Notes: a model not told the origin generated them from the sequence alone. A stretch of DNA of 63,858 nucleotides, filler included, from Collodictyon triciliatum (GCA_043381765.1; 5 parts of 5 records of this genome joined end to end with filler, not necessarily neighbours in it), one strand, 5' to 3'; counted from the first letter of the whole stretch, positions 1-14,751 are shown. Program-made: numbers and translations.

Positions 1-110
1 GAAAAAAGAAAAAAGAAAAAAGAAAAAAGAAAAAAGAAAAAAGAAAAAAGAAAAAAGAAAAAAGAAAAAGAAAAAAGAAAAAAGAAAAAAGAAAAAAGAG
101 AAAAGAGAGA
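1..110. repeat. (GAAAAAA)n simple repeat
   Basis: Direct reading. Confidence 0.95.
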
Positions 111-791
111 GAAAATGAGAAACGAGAAACGACTCAACGCCAACAGGGCGAGGATGGAAGGAAGAGAGCTTGATCAGCGAATGGAGATCGGGTGGTTTTG
201 AACCGCCCGTTGCACGGATGCGGATGCAGGCTCTTTGCAGCAGCAGGATGGTTTGTTCGACAAGCACCCGCACTTCGCAAAGACAATAGCAGCCCCTTAG
301 CGCCTCAACGGTTTCTATATGTGGATATCTCAAAAGTCGATCAAAGTCTGCCCAGCCGCTCTTCAGGCCGAAGCAGTTTGCTGGCGGCGTTGCCCAGTTC
401 AAACACGGCTGGGAGTGTGTAGCAAAGACCTAAGGCCCTGGAGCATGACGATGTTTATACTTTTCTTTTCTTCATATCTCGTTTTTGTTTCGGGGCTTTT
501 TTTTTTTCTTTTGCTTCGTTATTACTCACTGCTGACGCCCAGTTTCCAGAGCCCTGATATAATGGAATTACTGCTGCGGGATCACGAAAGGTCTACCATA
601 CGCCTTTGTTTCCAAAGTTACCGGGAGTCGCTGTGCTTTGATTCTCTTCATGCATTTGTGCTTTCACCTGATGTTAGTAATGAGTGGTTCGCAGCAGAAC
701 TCTTGTTTCCACCCAACATCACTTCACTGTGTCCACACATAACTCGGACTGAGCTTTGAAGCTCTGAATCATTCACGTCGATTCTTTGCGA

Positions 792-3700
792 ATGGCTTCA
801 AAGGGAATACCGATTTCATGTTCGCTGGAAAATACCAAAGGTACGTGGGAGAAACTCTCTCCATTTGAATTCTACCCCAGGCCATTTGGCGCCTTATGTG
901 AATATCTCTGTTGCAGCTTTCGGAGGTGGGCAAATATTATCTCTCAGCGAGCCAAGATTGAAAACTGAATGCGTAGAAGAGGATGTAGATGACAATGTTC
1001 CAGTCGCCCAGGAATTAGACAATCATCTTGCTATCATCTCCAACGTAATAGGGAATGCCAGTCCGACAATTGATACGAATAGCAGCCGACATGCTAGTCG
1101 AACGAATTCGCAAAATAAAATCATAGCAGCCTCTGGCGCACCGTCCCAAGCCCAAAGTCATGCTAACGAAGCGCCTGAGAGGAAGGACTTTTTACACTTT
1201 AAGAGTCCTGAGAAAACCGATAGGGACACCCCGGTGGAGGATGAGGATCAACAACACCAAGCCGAGTTATTATTCATTAACATACCAGAAGATAGCCTGC
1301 ACAAGTTGGATCAAAAGCTGGCAAATGAACCTCCCTCTAACATCCTGTCCCTGTCTCATTTAATACGATTCGGGAAAAAAAAGAATGCCCTCTCTCTTGC
1401 AAAATATTTTCTAAGAAAGCTTCATGATGAGAAGGAACTCGTCACCCGACACATTTCTGAATACGGATTCTTGACGCAGACATATGATGTTGACATTTGC
1501 ACGCAGCTTTGGAAGTTAGTTTCGAATCATCTCTTAGAACCAATATTCGGAGAACCACACTATTTGCGCTGTCTGGCTGAAGTGTTGCTGTTTTGTGCGA
1601 TACCTGACAAGAGCTTTCATCTTGAGCAAGTGATCAACAACGCTGTTGATTTAATCGACCAGTATATGAAAAAACCGTATGAAAGAAATGAAGGGCATAT
1701 GCAATTCTTTGCGCATTCCTTAAGTTTTTTGGTGGATTCTGTAGTTCTCCGGGGAATTAGTGTGTCCATTACTGAAGACCAATTTGATATAATCAGGAGG
1801 TTCTTTACTCTACACGAATTAAGTCGCACTTCAAAGAACAATGCTATATTTGAAAAAGCGTATCAGGGTTTTATTCGCCTAAGGAGTAAAACATTATCAT
1901 TTGCAACAAACTATCAAACATACGCACCGAAATTCGATCCGCCTATCCCAGCATCGGGCCTTCGAGAAAGGATTTTGAGTGAGTACAATAAAATCAGAAG
2001 AACTTTCAGAAGATCGGAGGGGAGGGAGATATGGTATGACAACTACATTTTTTTCAAATCTTTGATTCTAGCCCATCGCCTTAAAGAAGCTGTCATTTTC
2101 TCAGAGCACATTTTTAAGCTAGACAAGCAATCCGAGCTGGTATGGTTTGTCATGGAGGATTTTGTGCGTGTAGCTCAACTTCCTATTAAGCAATGTTCTA
2201 AAGGTGCCATCGCGTACTTGGAACGTCTCATCAGTGACGATTTCATGTTGATTCAGAGCAACCACTTTGGCTACCATGCCATTTATCAATTTCGTAAATT
2301 GGGGCAGATAGAAATTCATGCAAAATCAATCAAGCGCATTTTTCAAAAAAGTAACGAAAAACAACCCAAAATAAAATTCCTGGCTTTGGTTGAGCAAGAG
2401 CTGGGCAAGTATCTGGAGAGATGGAATGCATCAGACACCTATGAAAGTGAACTGCGTATACCAACAGACTTGTTTGCACAAATACATCAAGAATACAGCG
2501 GCATGTCTGAGTCGAGAAATCAAAAAAAGACAATTATAGATAATATCAACGAAAATAATGAAAGCAGTGTTGGAGAGTCGCACGGTGAGGATGAAATCTA
2601 TGTTCAGTTAAATGCCAAACGGGACATCAACGAAGAGACTGTTTGTAATGCTGAAGAGATCATCGATCAATTTCTTGCAGGGTATCCAAACACACTTGTG
2701 ATACTCGGAAAATCAGGAGCTGGGAAATCTACGTTCACGCGAAAGCAATATGAAAGACTACGCCGAATGATTTCTGGTCAGAGAACAATACATCCCTTTT
2801 ATATCAACCTCCCAGCGGTGGACGACCCAACCAGAATACGAAACTACTTAAAAAAATCAATGAAATCGGAATACGAAAAGCTGCTGGAATCGAATCAGGC
2901 TGTCTTTATTTTGGATGGGTACGACGAACTTGAAAATGCTGGTTCTTTAAATATCATAGAGGAAAATAGTGACATTTTCCAAAGGTGTCATGTAATAATT
3001 ACTTACAGATACAATCTGCAAGAGACAAAAGGGGATTTGGAAAAGAAGTTTGGCTCCGAAAGCAGAGATGGCTTTCAAAAGCTTGTAGAGTACATGGTCG
3101 TCCAACCTTTTGGAGAAGATCAGATTAGAAAATACGTGATGGTATTTACCGAGTACCACCCTCGGATTCGCTTGCCTCACGAAGAAATTACGTCAAAAAT
3201 ATTTAGTTCACCAAGTTTGAAAGAATCCTCGGGCTCTCCATTTATTCTATCACTGATTATGACTGTTCTTCCCAACTATTTGGAGGAAAAGGCGAACGAA
3301 ACTATGCTTAACCTGTCCATCTATGAGATATATGACAGATTTATTGAATTGTGGCATTCAAATAAGGAAAAAAATTCGTCAAACCCTCACCTTTTCAATA
3401 AAAAATTATATGATCAATTTTCAGTGTCTCTAGCACAAAGGCTTATCATTCACAAAACAACTGTGGCTTCCGTTAAAAAAAGTAAAGACAGTCACAAGTC
3501 GTGTCCTTTATGGGGGTCCTTCTTTGATGACACGTACGAGCTCATGGAATTGAGAAAGGGAGCTTTAATTCGAAGATTCCAAAAGAGTGAAGAGGAGGAA
3601 AAATTTGGTTTCATACATCGCTCCATTCAAGAGTTTTTTGGTGCCAAAAAATCAATCAAAGAAGTTCAAGAAGGGACGTGGAATCTCAAAGACGCTGTTT

Positions 3701-6402
3701 TTTTTAACCTCAAAGAAAAAGATTTTCTTATTAAACTTTTTTTGGCTGAACATGCCTTCAAGAACCCTGCCTTCGCCGATAAGCTGAAGAGCATCATACT
3801 TAATTCAACAATTAATAGAATAAAAATTCAAAAGAATGAGTCCTTGGTATTGCCTGCTCCAAATCCAAAGGCAAAGGTAAATCACATAGCACCCACACCA
3901 GCAAGTACTGCTATCACAATTCTCAACTATGCTAGAATTCCTCTTCATGATATGAGCTTACAGAACGTGGCTATCCCCAAGGCTGACTTGTCGCAGTCTG
4001 TCTTGCAGAACATAGACTTCTCATACGCAGATCTAAGTGGGGTTTCTTTCAAGGACGCCGATATAACAAGGTGCAAGTTTGACGAAGCAACCATGCTCGA
4101 CACAGACTTTGGACAGCTCCCGAAGCTCATCCACAAACACCCGGTCATTTGTGGCTGTGTTGAGGCGAACGATGAGTTTGTTCAGTTTTACACAGCCTCA
4201 AACAACATAGTGTCGGTGTGGGATTTGCAAACGTGTGATTCCAGCATTAAACTAGAGCATGAAGACTCCAATAAATCTCCTTTGATTATTTCAGCTCTCT
4301 CCCTGGCAAAAACTGATGATGGAGCCTATTTAATCACTGGAGATAAAAAAGGGAACATACATATATGGGATTCTATTACTTGTGAGTTGAGAGATACAAT
4401 TCCTTCTAAAATGATCGGGGGAGGTCAAATTACGTGTATACACTGCAGCCCTGAACTCCAATTTAATGCAGGCCTGGATCATTCCAGCGATATCATTTTT
4501 GTTCACACTAGTATGGACGGGATGATTGTGGTAACCGCCTTCGACACTACGGTAACGAGCAAAGACTCAAGTTGTTTCAGCATCCTGTGCACGGATAAAT
4601 TATCGGGTGGTGTATCTTGTATTGATTCATTTAGCGACAGTGGTCACTGTTATATTGTATATGCTGGTTCGCTGTCCAGCGTCCAATACAGAGAGTTGAT
4701 TTTTCACCAAACGGACGGGTCGTCTCGATACAGACAAGTTTCTCTTGGGCCAATCAAATCCCTACTTGATAAGGTAGCTTTGAAATCGGTTCGATCGATC
4801 AAGTACTCAAACAGATATAAAATTGCCATTGCGGTTAAAAATGAGATATACATACTGGACTCCAGTTCGTTGGATGAAAAGCCTATCGTATTGAAAGGAT
4901 GGCATTTAAAAGAAGACATCAAAGATATGCAGTGGGTTCCTACAGAGACAGGAGAACCTGAGTTTCTTATATCTTCAGCAGGTGACCGAATGGTGTACTT
5001 ATGGAGTGTGTCTGAGGGAACAGTTTTGCGCCCCTTTTATGGGCATACAGAAGAGATACCCGACTTGAGTGTGTTTAAGTTCAAGAACGAGTATTATTTT
5101 CTAGGATGTTGCAAGGACAAATCAGCATGGATCTGGAGCATCACATCAAGAGAATTAGTAAAAAAAGCCAGTGGCCACAGAAAAGCTATTAACTCTCTTG
5201 CATCGGTAATTACGGTTCATAAAACACTAGAAGAAGCACCAATTAATCTCCAACCAAGTGGTTACGCTCGTCAATCTGATGTGGTCAATAGAATAGTCAC
5301 AGCCTCAGGCCAGGTAATCACTGGAAGCAGTGATAGAACAATCAAGGTGTGGAATTTTTCTAACGGTACGTGCTTAGTATCCAACAAATTGAATGTATTG
5401 ATTTCGAAACTAGACTACCGCAGCTTCTCTAATCGAATGGGTGTTTACTATCTCCCGGATAAAGAACGCCACAGCTTGAGCTATATCGACCCGTTTGCAG
5501 CAGAGTCTCAACCAAAGCTTTTGATGGTTGATGGGCTCCAGGGAAATGTGGACCATTTCTGCATATTCAATTATGAGAATGTAGACTTTTTGCTCACTAG
5601 CGTAGGAAATCAGCTTTTTTGTCACACTTTTCTTCCAAACTGTTTTGATATTGACCCATCTTTTGAAAAATCTGTTCTGGCAGAAGAAAAAGTCTCTACT
5701 TTTTCCATTAGATATCTACCAGCTTTACGAAGGGCTATGCTGGTCACCATTGAGAAAAATAAAGTTGTCTGTCGCAAGATTACCTCTAGTGAAAACGGTC
5801 ATTCACTAAATGTTGACGAAGATGGTGTCATCGCCGAAATTTTGCTTGATACAGATGTAGAAGCACCTTTGCCTCCAACTTTTACAAAACAGACGCTGGA
5901 TTCGTCTGTACAATCGGTAATATTTGGGGACGAAGAAGGATTGCTTTTTCGTCTAGACCTTCCATTAGAGAAAAGATTTGACTCAAGGTGCACCCCGTTG
6001 ATTGTTATGGACTCCAAGATTTATGCCTATGACACATTCGTCCTCGAGGGGACCGAATACGTTGCTTTCGGTGGGGGTGATGGCGTTCTTTTTATTCGCA
6101 GAGCTTGGGGAGACGAAGGAGAAGACCATGTTCTCCAGCAACAAATCCATAACGAAGTTCGTTTTATTCAGCACCAGGTAGATACAAATTCAATCATCAC
6201 CACGGGAGAAAACGGTTTCATGTATTTGTGGACGTTGCAAAGCTTCAACAGAACGGATGGAAGCGGGGTTGGAATTCGGCTTCTCTTGGTTTGGACTTCT
6301 CACTCCACACTTCGTGGAGATGACGTGAGTTGCAAGAGTCTTCACAAATGCTCACAGCCCAACCGCTTCTTACTAAAGCAGCTTGCAAATTATGATGACT
6401 AA
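792..6402 (+). CDS. NACHT (STAND NTPase) - pentapeptide repeat - WD40 protein, NLR/NWD-like
   Basis: Walker A GKSGAGKST, Walker B VFILDGYDE, winged-helix motif FIHRSIQEFF, pentapeptide repeats (ADLSQSVLQNIDFSYADLSGVSFKDA), then WD40 repeats. The likely start is ATG at 792, with a 40-nt GT-AG intron (841-880) joining in frame to the 5.5-kb ORF. Confidence 0.9.
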
Positions 6403-7110
6403 GTGCACACCCGTAATGTCAACACTAGCTGACTAATATCAAGGTGTCAATAGGAAAAAAAAATATAATTAGACAGTCTCACCCTGTTTTGATTTATCCC
6501 TGAATTCCTATGTATGATTGAGATATCGTGTCGGCAGGAATATTCAGATGTCTCGATTATTATCATTATCCGTGGGCCTGTGCCACTATCATCAACTCCT
6601 GTAATCAATCAGTAATCATAATTTTTTTCTTTTAGGGGCGCCCTATTCGGAAATCGCCTGTTTCAGAACAAAGGGTCATACTCCACCTTTTGGGGACATC
6701 ACAGTCTAAAAATAAATGGAGGCAACACCAAAGTATTTCGATAATCCCAGCTTTGTTGAAAAGAAACTGACAATCAAGACGCTGACTTGTATTTTAATTT
6801 TTCACCTTTTTTTTTTTACTTGAATTTGCACAAGAGCATACATAATGCGGTAGATAACAAGCTTTAATAGCACTGTTTTTCAGTGGCAATTAAGAGAGAG
6901 GATATTCCAAACGAAATATTGTGATTGTGTGTACAGTGGAGGATGAACCATTTTCTGGTCACTGACGATGGTGATAGAGACAAATATATATATATATTAA
7001 TGAAAAGGTATTCGTGTTTTTTTTTCCCATTCGGGTGTTTCGGCCACGAAGAGAATTACGAAAGATGGGAAGAAAAGGAGTCGCAGCCCTTACAAAAAGA
7101 CAGGCTCCAT

Positions 7111-10100
7111 TCAGTTCACTTCCTGCTCGCCTTCGCCTTCATCAGACGAAGATATCACAGCCACAGGAATGAAAACATCGTCCTCGTCGTCATCATCCCC
7201 AAGATTTTCATCGTGCAGTGTCCCATCTCTCCGCTCATAATCATCGGCCACTCCGTACGGCTTCCCATCGTTCTGGCTGTCTTCATCCTCTTCGATGATA
7301 ATTTCATACTCTTCTTCGTCATCGTCATATTCATCGTCACCAGTGTAATCTCCCTCGTCTCCCTCCTCGTCATATTCCTCGTCTCCTTCCTCATAATAGT
7401 CTCCTTCTTCCTCATCACCTTCACCTTCGCCTTCATCGCCGTCCTCATCTTCATCGTAATCAAGTTCATCGCCAACCATTCCGTCCTCATCCCCTTCCAT
7501 GCCCTCCAAAATCTCGTCTGATTCGCCGTGATCCGCTTCGTCAGCACCTTCCATCTCTTGGGTCTCGCTTTCATGGTCGCCTTTGCTGGACTTTCTATTT
7601 GATACAGAAACACTCCCGGACTGTTGCCCATCGCCAGCTACCCGGACTGAGGAACGGAACGACCGCCCCGTCACCCGACGCGAGTATTCGTCTTCTTCCT
7701 GGATGACGCTTGGGGCGCGCCTGGCAATCTTCATATGGCCGACGCGCAGAGTCCCGTCATCTTCACCACTGCCTTCCATGGAGCGGTCGTACTCATAGGA
7801 CTCGTCCTGTGGCGGCTCGATGACTGTTGGGAGCATAGAGTTTTCTTCGTCGATGCCGTCAATAAAGTCCATGTATGGGTCTGGTATGTTGTCACTTCGT
7901 GCGACCTAGCCATCTCAGAGTGAGTTGTGGAAGAAAGAGCGCGGTATTTTTTGTTTATTTATTTTTTTTTTACAAGAAAATGAGCAGTTTCTTTAATGTA
8001 TAATCCGTTCAAGTGGCTTCGTAAACCACTGGATTGGGCAGCGTAGAGGAATATGCAATATTGGAGTGAGATGGAGCCTTTGGGAATCTATCATGAAAAT
8101 CCAGTTTTGCGCAAGAAAAAAAAAACATACCTGTGAGAGAAGAGCCATCCTTTTCTTGTCGTTTCGGATTTCTGTTTGCAGACGGCGAATGCCGAAGGAG
8201 TCAGCAATCGAAAATGACGGGGCTGGAAGCGAGCGAGAGCCTCGACGACCTGTGGAGAAGTTTGGCATCCCTTGAGGCAAATCCAGGTCATCCACCATGT
8301 TGATGTCAGGCTCGATGTTGACTACACATTGGTTTTGATTATATGATATTCTTCAAAATGAATCAAATATGTAAATTCAACGGAGGGGCGTTAGTTAATT
8401 TTATCATTTGTTTGATATGAAAGCGGCATCATATATCAAAAAGTATGAGTAAATAGGAAAATGAAAATGAAAATGAAAAAGGAAAAAGAAAAAAGAAAAA
8501 GAAAAAAGAAAAAGAAAAAGAAAAAGAAAAAGAAAAAGAAAAAGAAAAAGAAAAAGAAAAAGAAAAAGAAGAATGAGTATATAAAGAAATAAGGGAAAAG
8601 GAAAGGAAAATTAAATAAAAAATAAGTTGAAAATCAAGGTCTTCTCCTGAATTGAAGAGGGTGTGAGTAGGTAGACGAGCACCAGCGTACTTGTTGTTTG
8701 GTAGTTTGAATTAAATCCATCTTCGAGGCCGGGATGGTCCAAGGGCAAGTAGCTGGCTGTGGCAGAGTCTATGGCCAGCAAGGCCGCTGGAAGCGGTCCG
8801 ATTCCTGCGCCAACACGAGACTTGCGTCGCATCGAGCCTCTTCTTACGGGGACAGGAACACCGCCCAAGATGTCCAGTCCTATAGACGGCCGACGCTCAC
8901 GAGCGACTGAGCCGCGTCGTTCGCCGGTGATGGATGCCCTTCGCTCTCCTTGAATCGAGGTTCTACGCTCCCCAGTTATGGACACTCTGCGCTCTCCCTG
9001 TGTGGACATGCGTCGGTCGCCTGCAATTTGCGACTGTCGGCGGTCAAATGCAGAGGACATGCGGCGTTCGCTATTGATGCTTTGGCGGTGGTCGTACTGC
9101 TGCGTAGACATTTTGCGTTCACCTACCACGGAGAAGCGCGCTCCTACCAGCTGCGATTGTCTGCGGTCGGCCATTACCGAGCTCCGTTGGTTGGAAAAGA
9201 TGGACTGCCGGTTACCCGACAGGACTGACGTGTTGCGGCTGTTCATGTATGAGGAGTGGTGGTCTGTCCGGACTGACTGGAAGCGCCCTGTTGACTAAGG
9301 TAATGGTTTGGGATAATGAGCCACATTCGGTTCGTCGGTTGAGATAACATATAAGAAAAGGAATATCATTCTTGCAAAACATTTACAAATATCGAAAATC
9401 TTGAAAAAAAAAAGTTTTAAAAAAGGTGGTTCATTCATCGGGAAAAAAAAAGCGTGTGAAATTGCCAACTGGGAGGAACAGAACATATTGAAACTAGGGA
9501 GTATACAGAAGAATAAACATCTCACTACTCGTGTGCTGTGTCGCATATCGTGATATAAAATCCCATCAAGATTGTCAACGTTCTGTGACGACAAAACAGG
9601 GGCCTCTGCGCGGGTCATGGTTGGTGGACTATCCGACCCATTCGATGTGCGTCCTCGACTGACTTGGCTACCAATACTGGGCATCCGATTCACCTCATAT
9701 TTCGACCCGCTTCTAAACGAATTGACCCGAGACACTAACCCGGCGATGAACGACCGGTTTTGCTTGGGATCTTCATCAGACGACTCGGATGCCCCCTTTT
9801 GTGGTGATACTCAATGTAAGATTTCAAGGTTGGGGTTACATTTGGAAATTTTTTTGAGAAGGGTTATATGTTCTTCACTTCTGTATTCTAATAAATCTGC
9901 TCATATTGCTGAGAGGATTATCATTATTATATGATTGTGCTATTATTATTTATTATATTATTGTTATTTGTGTTATAATTATTACAACGATTGTCAGCCT
10001 TTGCTCGTCAGGCCGGCCTCGTGATGCATCGGATATTTTCGAGAGTGTCCCTGGGAGATTCGGACGCGGAGATGGCGCTGGTTTTGGTAAGGTTGCACCA

Positions 10101-13100
10101 GCTTCGACAGGTGAAAAGTCCACGTCCGATAGATTGCTTGGCACGATTCCCATGGGTGGAACGTATACACTTGGCTATATATGCACATATGTGCTTGGAG
10201 TTAGCATTCTGGAATTGCATCAACATTATTGGAGGAACGCCCAGGCTTATGAAATTGTCTATATATGTGAGAATAGTAGATATTGTGACGTTTGGGAGGT
10301 TCGAGAGATACCTTGCTTGTGAGACGCGAGTGGTTTGAGTATGTGCTTGACACCACTGTCGACTTTCCAACAATCTGAGATTTGCTAGAGATAAATGATG
10401 AATCACAAACTATGAAAACAAAACACAAACTATGAAAACAAAACAAGAAACAAAAAATAGAAATAAAAAATAGAAACAAATAGAAACAAAAAATAGACAA
10501 AAAGTGAACACAAAAGGTTACTTTTCTTGGCTAGCGTGCTTAGGTGAAGACGATGGGGCGGCGCTTATGTTGGTTTTACTGTCCTCTGATTTTTGGTTTT
10601 CTCGGATGTTCTTTGCCCAATCTTCATCTGACTTCTTAACATCTCTATTATCATTCGCCTCACGCTCTTGTTGCTCCCTAATTAAATAGCCTCCTCTCAG
10701 TGAAATTTCGTATCGATGGTGAATTATTATTTTATTTTTTTTACTTATAATTACGCGTAATATGATTGCTCCAGAATAATTTCGTTACTTGGCCAATTTC
10801 TTCAACTTCTCTTCCTCTATCTTCTGCTGTGCGATAATCCTCATCGAATCAGCAAAGCTTGGAAAATAGTTCAGCACGGAATCAAAATCCTCCTAAGTTA
10901 AGAACAAGAGTAATAGGAAAACTGTTATCCAATGAGTCACAAATAAGTCCTTGAAATATTGATACGTAATATCATGCAAATACGTGTTTAATTATTACTC
11001 TGGTAAGCACGAGCAAGTCGCAATAACCGCGCGCCTTCACAGAAGCGATGCGACGCGCCGCAAACAACAGAGCAATTTCACCAAAGTAACTCCCCTCTCG
11101 AAGCACAGCATACACAACTTTTTCGTCAGCTAGGTATATCAATCGAAATAAGATAACATTTGGTATATAATTTAATATCCTAATAAACAATCTTCATGAT
11201 ACATACGGCCGCCAGGATTGCAAGTAAAGGAACAAGAGAAAAGTACAGATTAGCTACTAAATATTCTAATACCTGAAACAACATCGACCTCTCCTTGAAC
11301 GATGAAATACATCTCTCTACCAATTTCTCCCTGACGAATGATGTAATCGCCCGATAGAGCAATCTAAGTATAATACAAAGTTTTTGAAAGGTAGCTGTAT
11401 AAGTTCTTTTAACGAGATTTGAATTTATTGACAATTTTATGAAATTGAGCTAATAATTGTTTTTGTTTGTCATGCACTCATACACCTCAAAGGATAAGTT
11501 GTGTGAAAACCTGAGGCTTGAGCATAATCACCAGCGAATCAATGAATCCAGGTTCCTTCATCCCTTTGAAGAGAGGTACATTTTCAATGAGCTACAAGAT
11601 TTGTTGAAATTAAGACATGCCTGCACACTCTAAACCCTAGGAAGTAGCCTTTCCGTGCAAATTGTATTGCAATATATATGTATATGAGTATTTCAACAAG
11701 GGAGAAATAGGGAAGAGTAAACCGAATCAATACGAACCTTGGTGTGCAAGTAAAGCGCTATTTCAGAACGCAGGGACGATGGCAGCTCATTCATCAATGT
11801 CGTCTCGTCTAGACCTGATAGTGTCAAATATTATAACATCTGAATCGTGAAACTAAGGATATGCCACATCTTTATATTTTATATTAGGTACATAGAAAAA
11901 AGTCACAAAATTGAAAAAAGAAAAGAAAATGGAAGGGAAGGGAAACGATATGCGATTGAGAAGCACCAAACTAACCTTTATGTCGAGACCAACTGACATC
12001 ATAATAGTCGAGGATTCTTACACGCAAAAAGTCTGGCAGATTGCGATATCGCATATACAAGTGTAAAACATCGAGCTTTTGGCGATATCGAATTGCAGCG
12101 GCATCCAATTGAGCAACAATCGTTGCTAGAATACATCCAATCAGAAGAAAAAAATCAAAAATTGTCTGGCTCATCTCGACGGATGAATAGGTGGGAGCGA
12201 AGGACTAAAACAAGAAAAAAAATTAATAAAAATGTACTATACAATAATCCTACATATATTTCCAAGCACGACGGAGTGTACAGTGGCACCGAACATCATA
12301 GCAAACATTGTATATATTTTTTCCTCGTTTGTATTCGGAATGATGTCTCCAAATCCAATCTATCATTTTATGAAGCAAACTGTTAGAACGATGAGAATGA
12401 GGAGCGTAGCTGTACGCTTTACTATAGTTGATTGAATAAATCGAATCATAAATTTGAAGGTCATATTTGTGTGGGAAAAGGGAAGTGGAGTAGAAAGCTC
12501 ACGGTAGCCATGATGATAAGCGCCCAATACACTGAATAAATATATTGTGTAGTGGGTGCTGCGTCACTAATGCCGTATCGATAAACCCAAGTGCTGTGGT
12601 CAAAGTTGTTTAACTGGGAAAGACAGAATTTTTTTTAATGTAGCCGTATTTTTAAATATAATCGTATGAAAAAAGGGAGAAATACTGGTAGCATCTCACA
12701 TTTTGGATTAAACCATATTATAATTGGATGATTGTTTCATTACCTTGGCAGTTAAAAACCACATGCAACCAGACCAATGAGCAAATGACAAAAAGAGCGC
12801 CCAAAGACCAACAACACGAATCATGTGCATTCCTGAAACCCTTTCGAGCTCTGAAAAGACTGGCATCAACTCCAATATGCGGAGAAGCTTTGGAAGGCGC
12901 AGATATGGCAAGCTGTCCGTGCCGATTTTCTAATGGTTTCATTTTCGCATTTCACGTGATCGATATAATTTAGTTACATTTGATTTTATGATTACGAGAT
13001 GTACATAATTAATTCACTATCGGATGGGGTATAGTTTGTTATAAGTTGATTTTTAATTTCGTGAATGTTTGTTCTCACAAGAGCCAAAAAGTCTAATGGG

Positions 13101-14361
13101 ATTGACGCAAAAAGGTGAATCTTGAATGTGGTTTTCAAGTAATTCCTAGATTAATTTGTTAATAGCGATTGACCGCAGATTACAACATACGACAATAATA
13201 CATGATGGATAATAAACACTTGTCGATAAACAATACAATCAAATTATTTACATATTTTAAAGAAATAAGATGCGTCTTTATCATTATTGAAGCGTCACCA
13301 ATTGGAAGGAAAGAAAATTATACCTTGTGATGGCCTGCCTGTCAGTGACTAGTTTGCTAGAGCCATCTTCCATATATGCAACAAAGAAATTTGACGTCAA
13401 GTCGACGAGATAAATAACATCTGCACATATGTCCAGGATAATCCAAAACGTTTGGTAAGGCCAAGAAGAGAAAGACCATGACAAACGAAGCGGTATGAGG
13501 GTGACCTTTGCAAGAGAGCTTTTTGAGCATCGTGTCGTGCAATAACAAGGGAGACGGAAAAAAAAAATGGACAATAATATATAATTTCATATATAAAGGA
13601 CACCTATGATTTAGTAAAGATATACAGATATTGGTATATGAGTACCTGAAGGATGATAGATATTGCTAAGAGAATCTTTATCTTTTGTATTGTGGGAGAC
13701 TTTGGGTGGATCCATCGGTTAGTGAGCCTCATCCAAATGGCAACAGCGTAACCAAGACACACCCGAATATTGGTATACCACAGAATCATCTCTTCCTTCA
13801 CATCTGTCTTCCATGACATATCCTCCTATAATGCACGTTTTATGCGTGTGCATAGAGTAACCATTTTAGTTCAGTATTCTGGACGGAGACACTAAATCTG
13901 AGCGTGCATGCTATGTTTCCATTCAGACAGACAATTGAATGATAAGTGATCTGGCTGAATTGAAATGAAAAGAAGCATTGAAATCGCCAGATAGAAAAAA
14001 AAGAAGAGAACAAACCACAGTGATGGGCGCGAGATCCTCCACAACCAAGACTTCCTGGAGTATATGTTCCATTTTGCAAGGATATATTTCGAGATTTGAG
14101 AAGGGAAAGAGATTACTTGCGCGTCGAAAAGTCATTCAGAGACTTTGAACGTCAAGCACAAAACACTCGAAGAGATACATACTCTATCAGCGAAACATGT
14201 GGAAAGGCGCTAATATTGGCACATATACATACATCAGTCCTTTGCAAGCGCCGTCTCGGATTCCAGGGGCCCACTGCTGCAGGTGAAGCTGTGTTTGTGC
14301 CTTTTGCAGGTGTGGCAGTGTTGTCTGTCGAAGCTGCAGATCTGGTTTGTGCGTCAGACAT
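7111..14361 (-). CDS. Multi-exon 6TM cyclic-nucleotide-binding cation/K+ channel (CNG/HCN/EAG-like) with long low-complexity C-tail
   Basis: Exons spliced by hand at GT-AG give S4 YLRLPKLLRI, pore YWALIIMAT-IGFGDIIP, C-linker LYMRYRNLPDFLRVRILDYY and CNBD EGSYFGEIALLFAARRIASVKARGYCDL. Downstream same-strand exons encode RRxS repeats and an acidic tract. The first exons and the exact 3' end are unresolved. Confidence 0.88.
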
Positions 14362-14469
14362 TTCTGCGGTCTGGTTTAGACTGTCAGACTGTCAGACACA
14401 ATAATGAGGATGGGTAAGAACTCCCACTTGGAACTAAAAAAAATAGAGGACCTTCCCTCTTTCTTTTTT

Positions 14470-14651
14470 CTTTATCTTTTTTATCTTTTTTATCTTTTTT
14501 ATCTTTTTTATCTTTTTTATCTTTTTTATCTTTTTTATCTTTTTTTATCTTTTTTTATCTTTTTTTATCTTTTTTTATCTTTTTTTATCTTTTTTTATCT
14601 TTTTTTATCTTTTTTTATCTTTTTTTATCTTTTTTTATCTTTTTTTATCTT
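14470..14651. repeat. (TTTTTTATC / TTTTTTTATC)n at contig end
   Basis: Direct reading. Confidence 0.95.
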
Positions 14652-14751
14652 NNNNNNNNNNNNNNNNNNNNNNNNNNNNNNNNNNNNNNNNNNNNTTAAT
14701 TAATTAANNNNNNNNNNNNNNNNNNNNNNNNNNNNNNNNNNNNNNNNNNNN
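14652..14751. other. Artificial contig-join linker (N44-TTAATTAATTAA-N44)
   Basis: 100-nt block containing a six-frame stop sequence; recurs four times in the window. Confidence 0.97.

Noticed and set aside
10404-10443. 20-bp tandem duplication CACAAACTATGAAAACAAAA
   Set aside because: There is no insert between the copies; ordinary slippage in an A-rich intron.
14696-14707. TTAATTAATTAA as a biological motif (piggyBac target or telomere)
   Set aside because: It is always embedded in fixed N padding; an assembly linker.
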